From positions 41,716-105,715 of the forward strand of contig CAZLXM010000002.1 in NCBI GenBank assembly GCA_964563105.1: a DNA stretch of 64,000 nucleotides, given 5' to 3'. Shown here one piece after another: positions 40,618-48,538 of the stretch. Below the pieces are notes generated by a model that saw only the letters and a program-made list of their open reading frames with translations, had not been told where the DNA came from and did not search any database. The stretch's first letter is position 1. Every line of letters begins with the position of its first letter. A program made the position numbers and the translations under genes. The stretch comes from an uncultured Bacteroidaceae bacterium (GTDB taxonomy: Bacteria; Bacteroidota; Bacteroidia; Bacteroidales; GCA-2748055).

Positions 40618-41727
40618 TTATCTCTTTTTACTTTCATTTGTCACAATATATCCTGCTTTCTTTAAAATTTGAATTTCATGTTCCAGATTAGGAGTGAAAA
40701 TTCCTTTACCCAGGTTATTTAAAAGATCAAAAGTACTCCAAAATCTGCCTTCGGAAATCTCTTCAGGATTAAAAACAGGCTGAGTATTAATTTTGGTAAT
40801 AAACATAAAAATAAGCTCCTTTTCGGCTTCTGTTTCCCAAATATATTTTCCAAGAAAAAGCGGACTAAAATCTTTCAATGAAATCTCTTCATAAGTTTCC
40901 CTCATAAGGCTTTCCTCAAGGCTTTCACCCCATGAAACATGGCCTCCCACAGCAGTATCCCATTTACCAGGTTGTATTAGTTTGGAATTATGCCTTTTCT
41001 GCAGATACAAATCTCCTTTATCATTAAAAACATGCAAATGTACAACAGGATGAAGAAGTTTGTGCTCCGGATTAAAATGTACTTCTGATCTGGGTGCTTT
41101 GGCAGTTATATTTCCATTTTCATCAACTACAGGAACAAATTCAGCAGTTTTCATAAATTTTCTCCTATGAAAATATGCAGAAATAAGTTGTACAGCAAAA
41201 AAACCAAGTATCAGAAGATAGAACAGCACACCGCTGATAAAACCCCATGCTCTGGTTGACATGAAAAAGACACTGAAAAGCACAAGGATCACATGTACAA
41301 GAATAATAAGGAATAAAATTCTTAGTGTGCTATTAAGTTTAATTATTGCAGAATCCGGCAGTTTTTTGTCCTTCATAAACCTGCCCGACATTTCAAGGAT
41401 ATAATTTTTTCTTCCATATCCGGAAAAGCCGATTATTATGAGCAATATTCCTTCAATAACGACAGGTTTAAGCTTGAAGAAAATATCATTTTCCAGGAGC
41501 AGGGACACAAGTCCCAGAACAATCAAAAGGCCAACATCAAAGAGAATGAATTTTTCTACTTTTCGGGAACGAATATAAGTAATAAGGAATTCAACAATAC
41601 CAAAACCAATTGCAACATATAACCCGATAATGGTCCCCCAGATCTCGTCAGCAATTATAAAGACAAGAAGAGGCAGCAGTCCGGGAAGCATATCCCTCAA
41701 TAAAGACGACTTAATGGAGCTTCCCAT
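40618..41727 (-). CDS. Membrane domain-Nudix hydrolase fusion protein
   Basis: The N-terminal ~190 aa hold about six hydrophobic helices. The C-terminal domain carries a near-canonical Nudix box, 'GHVSWGESLEESLMRETYEEISL'. Confidence 0.7.
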   Translation of the reverse strand: MGSSIKSSLLRDMLPGLLPLLVFIIADEIWGTIIGLYVAIGFGIVEFLITYIRSRKVEKFILFDVGLLIVLGLVSLLLENDIFFKLKPVVIEGILLIIIGFSGYGRKNYILEMSGRFMKDKKLPDSAIIKLNSTLRILFLIILVHVILVLFSVFFMSTRAWGFISGVLFYLLILGFFAVQLISAYFHRRKFMKTAEFVPVVDENGNITAKAPRSEVHFNPEHKLLHPVVHLHVFNDKGDLYLQKRHNSKLIQPGKWDTAVGGHVSWGESLEESLMRETYEEISLKDFSPLFLGKYIWETEAEKELIFMFITKINTQPVFNPEEISEGRFWSTFDLLNNLGKGIFTPNLEHEIQILKKAGYIVTNESKKR

Positions 41728-41772
41728 CCAAAAATTTCTTAGTTATATTATTAATTTTTATCAAACAATTAT

Positions 41773-42084
41773 TTAGCATGATGCCCTGTACCAGTCATAT
41801 ACACTTTTAATACCATCCTCCAGGCTGATCCCTGCCTTCCATCCAAGACGGGCAAGCTTTGATATATCCATTAGTTTCTGATCAGTTCCGTCCGGACGTG
41901 AATGGTCCCATTCAATTTTCCCTTTATAATTAACTATCCTGGAAATAAGATGAACAAGATCTTTTATGGCAATATCCTCCCCTCTTCCAATATTGATATG
42001 GGTATTACGGATATTTTTAACTTCTGCTTTTAACATCTCAGGATCATCGATCAGATCAGTAAAATTAAGATTTTCAAAAATCAA
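41773..42084 (-). pseudogene. 3' remnant of a GDP-L-fucose synthase (fcl-like) gene
   Basis: The 103-aa ORF aligns by eye only to the last third of Fcl ('HINIGRGEDIAIKDLVHLISRIVNYKGKIEWDHSRPDGTDQKLMDISKLARLGWKAGISLEDGIKSVYDWY'). It lacks the Rossmann N-terminus and the YxxxK region. The upstream in-frame sequence is unrelated and only ~90 nt long before the next gene. Confidence 0.65.
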
Positions 42085-42204
42085 AGATAAAGTAAAAATA
42101 TAATCAGAGACTATTTTATACGTCCCTTCATCATATTCGTTACCGGCTCCGCTCTGCTTTGTCTCTGTTATTATGGATATGCAACACAGAAATCCTTTTT
42201 TGAT

Positions 42205-42212
42205 TATATTTG
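42205..42212 (+). promoter_or_regulatory. -7 promoter box TATATTTG upstream of the SDR gene
   Basis: Exact TAnnTTTG lies 12 nt upstream of ATG 42224. It sits inside the longer track ORF, which favours the 42224 start. No -33 TTTG at the expected spacing. Confidence 0.35.
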
Positions 42213-42223
42213 TTCAAAAAATT

Positions 42224-43243
42224 ATGATCAGCCTTACGGGAGCTACCGGACTTCTTGGTTCAAGATTACTTTTCGACCTTCTTTCCTCGGGAGAAGAAAA
42301 AATACGTGCCCTTAAAAGAGAATCAGGTAATACAGAAACTGTCCGAAAAATATTTTCCTATTATACCGATAAACCCGATGACCTGTTTAAGCGAATTGAA
42401 TGGATAGATTTTGATATTCTTGATATAGATTCGGTGACTGAATCTCTTAAAGGCACCTCAAAACTTTACCATGTAGCAGCTATTGTTTCTTTCAGCCCGA
42501 AAGACCGTGTTAAAATGATAAAAGATAACGTTTTGGGAGCTGAAAATATCGTTAATGCCTGTCTTGAGCTGAATATAGAAAAACTTTGCCATGTGAGTTC
42601 TACTTCAGCAATTGGAAATGCCCCCGAAGGAGAATTTTCGGATGAAAAGCTGGTATGGAGGCCCGATAAAATGAATACAGCCTATTCCATCAGTAAATTC
42701 CATTCCGAAATGGAAGTATGGAGAGGTATTGAAGAAGGACTTAAAGCTGTGATTGTTAATCCTTCTATTATTTTGGGCCCGGGATTTTGGGATAAGGGTT
42801 CATCACTAATGTTTAATACCGTTTATAAAGGATTACGATTTTATACGGAAGGTGTAAGCGGGTTCGTATCGCTTAAAGATGTCACAGATTGTATGATAAA
42901 ACTTATGGATAGTGATATATACGGTGAAAGATTTATTATCTCGGCAGAGAACCTTTCTTATAAAGAAGTGCTTAATAATATAGCCCGTTCTCTTAATGTA
43001 AAGCCTCCTTCAATAGAAGCCGGCCCGGTTTTGACCAGAATGGCTGTTTTTGCTGACAGCCTGAGATCAATATTCACCGGAAAGCGAATAATTTCAAAAG
43101 AAGCAGCTTTTTCTTCAATAAGGAAGGTATATTTTTCGAACGAAAAAATTAAAAAAGCAATCGGGAAAGAATTCGAAAGTATAAATGATACTATAAAATA
43201 TACCGGTGAAAGATTTTTAAAAGATAAAGATTCTAACGGCTGA
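42224..43243 (+). CDS. NAD-dependent epimerase/dehydratase-family (extended SDR) protein
   Basis: From MISLTGATGLLGS the Rossmann motif GxxGxxG sits at the N-terminus. Catalytic 'SSTSA' and 'YSISK' (YxxxK) are present. The track ORF starts at 42173. Confidence 0.8.
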   Translation: MISLTGATGLLGSRLLFDLLSSGEEKIRALKRESGNTETVRKIFSYYTDKPDDLFKRIEWIDFDILDIDSVTESLKGTSKLYHVAAIVSFSPKDRVKMIKDNVLGAENIVNACLELNIEKLCHVSSTSAIGNAPEGEFSDEKLVWRPDKMNTAYSISKFHSEMEVWRGIEEGLKAVIVNPSIILGPGFWDKGSSLMFNTVYKGLRFYTEGVSGFVSLKDVTDCMIKLMDSDIYGERFIISAENLSYKEVLNNIARSLNVKPPSIEAGPVLTRMAVFADSLRSIFTGKRIISKEAAFSSIRKVYFSNEKIKKAIGKEFESINDTIKYTGERFLKDKDSNG

Positions 43244-44837
43244 TCCTTATTCCCATATTCAGCATCCCTTTTTTACCCTGCATAAAGGCAGGAGTATAAA
43301 GATCTAAAAAATCCTCTTCAGCTCTGATGTTTTGAAAGGAGCAGCCCAGCTCAAGCCAGATATCATTGATTATCTGATAATTACCCTTAAATTCCAGAAT
43401 ATCTGATCTCCAGACTACAGGTGTAAATGATTTAATTCCGACTCTGGGGGTATTAAGTTTAGTATGATCAGGCCCTTTAAAAGCATGTGTATAAGAAACA
43501 CTTAAATCCATGTTTGCAACCGGTCTGTAAGCAGCATTTAAATAAAGTTCCTGTGCATTGTCGCCCAGATAATGACCAAGATTATAACGATTCGATTCAA
43601 AAGTGATAGTAGGGACATAATGCCTGAATGTCAGGGCATTTGACCATGTATATTCTGCGCCGAAAAATATGTTCTCCAATATATTGTTCAATCTGACCCC
43701 TCCTTTAACACTAATGAAATTAAATTCATCCGCTTTAAAAATTCTGTTAATAGCCATTTCATCAACATAAGCACTGGCATAAAAATGTGTTTTCGGGATG
43801 CTTTTTATGGAGAAATCCATGAACATCATAGAATTCATATTATCCATACCCGATTGCAGGTGGTGATCAACTGATTTCCAGAATAAAACAGGTATTAAAT
43901 AAGCAGGATGAGGATTATCATAGTCATAAATAATTGCATTTCCCGCAGAAATATAAATGTTTTTGAATGGTTTAAAAGTAAACAAATTAGCTGCCAGAAA
44001 TTTGCTATAATAATTTCTTCGTTCGACATGTCCTGCAGGTCCTGTAAAACTAAGAGATCTTGAACTGTCAACCACTTCAGATACAAGCCAGCCATGAACA
44101 TAGTTAAATTCGAACCATTCTAACGGTCTTAAATTCAGGTTAAAACTTACAAAAGAAGGTGTTCTTCCCGATAAAATATTCGTGCCATTATAACCCGGTC
44201 CCCAGGAGATATTTTCCTTTATCAGGCCAATATGCCCTGTTTTCCATGAATAAGTAATACCTCCCCTTGATTCCCAATAATCCTGCCTGCCATCACTAAA
44301 TCTCTTTATATTTGCCCCTCCCTGTTGTTGTAACAAAAAGGAAGGCTTCATCAATTCCTCACTTTCATGCGTATCTGTCAGGCTGGCAAAAAAACTCCAG
44401 TCAGCAATCGTTCCATTTGCATACAAACCATTCCACCAGCGATAAACATAGCCATCACCTGATAAGATAAGATTCCCTCCCCCTATAGGATTTATAGTCA
44501 GCGAAAACAGGCTGTCCCGCCTGTAAAGAAGGTCAAGCCTGCGATTAAAATTCCTGTTTGTATATTTTTCCTTATTAAAATCTTTCAGATAAAATTGTAA
44601 TTCTTTTTTCTGCCTTGTATTTAATCCCGCGGTATCCACATTTTCGAGGAGAGAGAGTATCCTTTTTCTGCCCAGGGGCTTAACCGGAGAATAAAAATCC
44701 ATATCCATCTCATCAAGAAAATCATAAACATCATTCTTTAAAAAAGGCTGTGGCAAGAATTGTCCGTCAGCCTCCATTAGAGCAAATCCTAAAAAAAATC
44801 CAATATTTAAGCAGTAAAAAACAAAAAGCCTGATCAT
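43233..44837 (-). CDS. Wzi-like capsule-assembly outer-membrane barrel (tentative)
   Basis: Signal-like N-terminus from MIRLFVFYCLNIGFF. A helical head 'VYDFLDEMD...VKPLGRKRILSLLENV' is followed by a long strand-rich region rich in aromatic/Gly residues. The Wzi assignment is from memory. The track ORF extends to 44906. Confidence 0.45.
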   Translation of the reverse strand: MIRLFVFYCLNIGFFLGFALMEADGQFLPQPFLKNDVYDFLDEMDMDFYSPVKPLGRKRILSLLENVDTAGLNTRQKKELQFYLKDFNKEKYTNRNFNRRLDLLYRRDSLFSLTINPIGGGNLILSGDGYVYRWWNGLYANGTIADWSFFASLTDTHESEELMKPSFLLQQQGGANIKRFSDGRQDYWESRGGITYSWKTGHIGLIKENISWGPGYNGTNILSGRTPSFVSFNLNLRPLEWFEFNYVHGWLVSEVVDSSRSLSFTGPAGHVERRNYYSKFLAANLFTFKPFKNIYISAGNAIIYDYDNPHPAYLIPVLFWKSVDHHLQSGMDNMNSMMFMDFSIKSIPKTHFYASAYVDEMAINRIFKADEFNFISVKGGVRLNNILENIFFGAEYTWSNALTFRHYVPTITFESNRYNLGHYLGDNAQELYLNAAYRPVANMDLSVSYTHAFKGPDHTKLNTPRVGIKSFTPVVWRSDILEFKGNYQIINDIWLELGCSFQNIRAEEDFLDLYTPAFMQGKKGMLNMGIRISR

Positions 44838-44877
44838 AATTAAATAATTAATTGTCATCCGGTTGTTGATCAACTTC

Positions 44878-46395
44878 CTATCTGCTCCTGGCCTTCCTGA
44901 ATACAATATTATACATTGCTTTCCAAAAATACCTCCAGTCCGTCTTTAAAGGATGTCCCTCATAAGCTTCCAGGTACCTCATTTCCGAATCTTCAATTTC
45001 CTCAAGGGTTTCAGGCATATCTGCATAAAAAGGAGGTATAAGCCCTGGTTTAAAAAGTATCCTTTTCTGTCTTAATTCCTCGTTGTATAAGTCAAAATAT
45101 TGCCGGCTTAATGGCCTGACTCCGACAAGTTTCATATCCCCTTTTAATACATTAAAAAACATGGGCAATTCATCCAGCCAGAATTTACGCAGGAACCTTC
45201 CAAGGGGTGAAACTCTGAAATCATCTTTAAACTTACCCCCGTCTTCCAGTTTATTTACTTCATATACATAATCCTGCAAATATTCAGCAAAGGGATGCAT
45301 AGTGCGTAATTTGTAAACTCTTATCATCTTTCCGTCCTTGCCCACTCTGCGCAATTTAACAAAAGGGCCATAAGTCGGACTGAAATCATAAGCCGGAACA
45401 CCCGTTTTATTTACAATAAAAATAAACATATTATTAATCACCCTTTCATCGCAAATTTCAAAGCCGCAGGAATAAAGCCTTCCCAATACCTCAACTTTTG
45501 AGATCACCCTGTTCATACCCCGGGTAAAAAGGAAATAGATTTTCTTTGTAAGCCGGAACTTTGGAAAAACACGCTTTACAATAACATCAAAAAAATAAAT
45601 GATCCAGTTAATAAGTGGCGGATATTTATTTAATATCCTTTTTTTTCTGGCATCACTGGTTTCAACACAGCCAATAAATATACCATCAGGCGGAAGCTTC
45701 CTGTTTACCGATTCCAGGAATTTGTTCATATACTGTATATCATTAAATCTCCGCAGGTTTATAATATTTGTATAATAATTATCGGGTTGAAATTCAATAT
45801 TAAACCTGGTAGTAGTTGATATTATCAAAGTTTCCTTACTATGCATATCGGCATATTCATCCATAAATTCATAGGCCCCCTTTCCACATGCTGATTCCAC
45901 TTCCTCCATTATAATATCAGGTGAAACAGCATGGCCCATAAAATCTTTTGCCTCTTTCGCCTTTTTCATTTCTGCAGCAGTTGGCAGAGGATTGATGACA
46001 TTAACACCATTTGTGCCTGAATGCAAAAGAAGATAATAAATATTTCCCAGGAAAAGTTCGCCAAATGTTGCAAGGGCAGTAGTGCCAAATAATATTAACC
46101 TTGAAAAATTAGGAAGCTGTAAACCGACAATTATTACTGTCATTACGCCCAATGAAATAAAATTCGGTAATAGTATATTTTGCAGGATCCTTGAAAATTT
46201 ATGTTTCTTTTTAAGGCGATATTTTTTGAAATAAAAAGAAGATATTGACCATAATATAATCAGAAAGAAAAATGCCATTAAATAATGGGAACTAAAATAA
46301 CCGGGGGTATTTGATTTATAAATGGCAACGACAAGATAAGACAGGGCCAATATTAATATATCAATAAGATATATAATAAAATGGCGTTTGTTCAT
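44878..46395 (-). CDS. Polyprenyl-phosphate sugar-phosphate transferase (Bac_transf family) with atypical N-terminal and middle domains
   Basis: C-terminus: 'GPFVKLRRVGKDGKMIRVYKLRTM' ... 'SPLGRFLRKFWLDELPMFFNVLKGDMKLVGVRPL', the PglC/WbaP catalytic core. N-terminus: 4-5 TM helices. Middle: methyltransferase-like segment ('LPPDGIFIGCVET', 'VLGRLYSCGFEI'). Confidence 0.8.
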   Translation of the reverse strand: MNKRHFIIYLIDILILALSYLVVAIYKSNTPGYFSSHYLMAFFFLIILWSISSFYFKKYRLKKKHKFSRILQNILLPNFISLGVMTVIIVGLQLPNFSRLILFGTTALATFGELFLGNIYYLLLHSGTNGVNVINPLPTAAEMKKAKEAKDFMGHAVSPDIIMEEVESACGKGAYEFMDEYADMHSKETLIISTTTRFNIEFQPDNYYTNIINLRRFNDIQYMNKFLESVNRKLPPDGIFIGCVETSDARKKRILNKYPPLINWIIYFFDVIVKRVFPKFRLTKKIYFLFTRGMNRVISKVEVLGRLYSCGFEICDERVINNMFIFIVNKTGVPAYDFSPTYGPFVKLRRVGKDGKMIRVYKLRTMHPFAEYLQDYVYEVNKLEDGGKFKDDFRVSPLGRFLRKFWLDELPMFFNVLKGDMKLVGVRPLSRQYFDLYNEELRQKRILFKPGLIPPFYADMPETLEEIEDSEMRYLEAYEGHPLKTDWRYFWKAMYNIVFRKARSR

Positions 46396-46434
46396 AAAGT
46401 AAAGTGGTTAAGGAGTTAATGGGTAACGGAAGCA

Positions 46435-46450
46435 TTAATGATTGTTAATC
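46435..46450 (+). repeat. Left copy of 16-nt imperfect direct repeat flanking the protease cassette
   Basis: TTAATGATTGTTAATC versus TTAATGATTAATAATC at 47601-47616, 14 of 16 identical with the first 9 nt exact. Lies 13 nt beyond the protease stop. Confidence 0.4.
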
Positions 46451-46463
46451 AAACACAAACCGC

Positions 46464-47363
46464 TTATTTAATCAATTGTATAAAAGCTTTTCCTTCATGA
46501 TTTTCAATTATTTTAAAGGCTGGTGTTTGCGTTAAAGATATTATACAAGAATGATGGACACTTAGTACTTTATCTTGCAAATCATTATCAGATTCAAGGG
46601 ATTGTATCTTTAATCCTAACCTGTCTTTTAGTATATCAACAGGTAGATGTCTATCATGTGATAAAGTTAAGGCATGGCTCCCCAATTCCTTTATGACTCC
46701 GTCAACTATTTGATCCTTATTTGGTTCATTTTTAAACATATTTGTTTTTAACCAATCACTAACCATAGACTCAGACCATTTTATAGCTTTTTCACATTCG
46801 CCAATCAAAGTAGGAGAATATCTTGATAAAATAGTTTGCCAAACTGGAATAGTTTTAGGATTTGAAGATATTTCAGTTTTCGCTCTTTCAAATTCTTCAA
46901 TAATTCCATGTGTCGGTAATCCATTAATTTGAGGATCGATCGGACCCAAATTGGAGTGTTTGCCCATGATTATTTCTTTACAAGAACATGCGATCATTGT
47001 TCCTGCGGACATAGCAATTTGTGGGACTATTGCACGAATATCATTACCAAAAACTGATTTTAAATAATGTACTATTGATTCGGTGGCACCAATTGAACCA
47101 CCCGGGGTATGAAGTACTAAATCAAGTCCTTTTGATTTATCAAGACCTTTAATCGTCGACATAAACCCCATTTTATCTGAATCCACAATATCAAACCTGA
47201 AGCCATGTTGAGCTAAATTGCCTTTTTGAAGCCACCCTGAATAATAAACAATAACATTTCTACCTGTCTTTTCAGATAACTCGGCAATATATTTCCTCCG
47301 AATATGGTCAAAAGCATTTGGTTGTGCACCAATTTCTTTTAAAATATCGTTCCAGGCAGGCAT
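46464..47363 (-). CDS. SDH-family / SppA-like Clp-fold serine protease
   Basis: 'LDLVLHTPGGSIGATESIV' and 'VPQIAMSAGTMIACSCKEIIMGKHSNLGPIDPQ' match the ClpP/crotonase-fold serine-protease core of the serine-dehydrogenase-proteinase (S49-related) family. 299 aa with no signal peptide. Confidence 0.7.
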   Translation of the reverse strand: MPAWNDILKEIGAQPNAFDHIRRKYIAELSEKTGRNVIVYYSGWLQKGNLAQHGFRFDIVDSDKMGFMSTIKGLDKSKGLDLVLHTPGGSIGATESIVHYLKSVFGNDIRAIVPQIAMSAGTMIACSCKEIIMGKHSNLGPIDPQINGLPTHGIIEEFERAKTEISSNPKTIPVWQTILSRYSPTLIGECEKAIKWSESMVSDWLKTNMFKNEPNKDQIVDGVIKELGSHALTLSHDRHLPVDILKDRLGLKIQSLESDNDLQDKVLSVHHSCIISLTQTPAFKIIENHEGKAFIQLIK

Positions 47364-47365
47364 AT

Positions 47366-47572
47366 CTATTCTACAATAAGGCCAATATTAGAGTTAATAG
47401 ATAATCTAGTCCAATGAAATTCAACTTTTTTATCTTCATTAAATTCTTTCACTAATTCAGGTAAAATAGGATTGGTATCAGAATAATTTTCTTCATAATT
47501 TTCTATTCCGATCATTTTATAAAAATCATTAGCCTCTTGTATTTTATCTAATTTAATTTTTTTGTAATTCAT
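47366..47572 (-). CDS. Small acidic hypothetical protein, co-transcribed with the protease
   Basis: 68 aa, E/D/N-rich, no recognisable motif. 2-nt gap to the protease ATG. A canonical promoter lies immediately upstream. Confidence 0.45.
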   Translation of the reverse strand: MNYKKIKLDKIQEANDFYKMIGIENYEENYSDTNPILPELVKEFNEDKKVEFHWTRLSINSNIGLIVE

Positions 47573-47588
47573 TGTATAAAGTTTTTAT

Positions 47589-47620
47589 CAAATATAAATT
47601 TTAATGATTAATAATCCAAA
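47589..47620 (-). promoter_or_regulatory. Bacteroidota sigma-A type promoter (TTTG-N20-TATATTTG) for the small-ORF/protease cassette
   Basis: The minus strand reads TTTG (47620-47617), a 20-nt spacer, then TATATTTG (47596-47589). 16 nt separate the box from ATG 47572. Confidence 0.55.
47601..47616 (+). repeat. Right copy of 16-nt imperfect direct repeat flanking the protease cassette
   Basis: TTAATGATTAATAATC. Lies within the promoter spacer, 28 nt beyond the small-ORF start. Confidence 0.4.
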
Positions 47621-47718
47621 AGAATATAATTTACTTTTGTAGAGAAAAAAGGGTTGATAAATAACAGAAAGCTATGGTATAAATAGCACAACCAAAAAAA
47701 CAAAGGTATTGACTATTA

Positions 47719-48498
47719 TTAATTCAGCTGCCTAAATTTCGTCACGATATATTTTAAAGGATTTTTCAGGGATTGGAAAAAGAGTTCTTTCAACCAGGGG
47801 AAAGTGTGGTTTGTCCAGCGTTGAGGATGAATGGTAAGGATGATATTTGTTGGAAGTTTATTTTTTAAAGCAGCATTAATGATATCGGAGGTGGAATGAT
47901 AGGTGAAGCCCTGCTCATTCCAGTATTTTTGCTGAGGTATTTTGTCACGTACGCTAACCTTCCAGCCATCCCAACGACGGCCGGTATCAGTCAGGTAGAA
48001 AAACTGTTTAAAATCAGTATCTAAATAGGGTTCGAAGATTATTCCCAGTTTACGGTAATTATATTTTTTCCAGATGTCACGGTTATCCCATTTACTAACC
48101 GGGCTTCCATGCATACAAATAGTTTTAACGGGATAAAATTTTCGAAAATATTCAAGATTTCGGCAAAATTGTTCGTATGCTTTATCTGTATCACCTTTTG
48201 AGCTTACATAATCTTCATAATGATAGCCAATTTCATGTCCAAGCTCTGCAATTTTCTGAATAATATCGGGATCATTGCTTTCAGGGACTATCCTGAAGTA
48301 GTATGCTCCTTTGATGCCGGCTTGTTCTTCAATGATTGCAGTTTGGAGGGCATTTTCAGGCAAAAGGTCAACGTCATGGCGGAGGAAGATGTTTTTTCCG
48401 GGCTTATCATTTAGGATGTCTTTTATTGGGTGAAATAAGTAGGCTTGTTTTTGCAGGGTGTTAAGTAGTTTCTTGAATATTGTCAGCGTAAAATCCAT
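47719..48498 (-). CDS. Polysaccharide deacetylase-like protein (divergent)
   Basis: 259 aa. 'IFLRHDVDLLPENAL' and 'GHEIGYHYEDY' resemble the Asp-Asp and His motifs of carbohydrate-esterase-4-like folds. Assignment is tentative. Confidence 0.45.
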   Translation of the reverse strand: MDFTLTIFKKLLNTLQKQAYLFHPIKDILNDKPGKNIFLRHDVDLLPENALQTAIIEEQAGIKGAYYFRIVPESNDPDIIQKIAELGHEIGYHYEDYVSSKGDTDKAYEQFCRNLEYFRKFYPVKTICMHGSPVSKWDNRDIWKKYNYRKLGIIFEPYLDTDFKQFFYLTDTGRRWDGWKVSVRDKIPQQKYWNEQGFTYHSTSDIINAALKNKLPTNIILTIHPQRWTNHTFPWLKELFFQSLKNPLKYIVTKFRQLN

Positions 48499-48502
48499 GA
48501 GA

Positions 48503-48523
48503 GGTGACGGGTGACGGGTGACG
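48503..48523. repeat. Perfect 3 x 7-nt tandem repeat GGTGACG (CGTCACC on the coding strand)
   Basis: GGTGACGGGTGACGGGTGACG plus GG fills most of the 40-nt gap between the DUF354 gene stop (48539) and the next ATG (48498). It is a GC-rich island in AT-rich DNA. Confidence 0.9.
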
Positions 48524-48538
48524 GGGTAGATTAATTGT

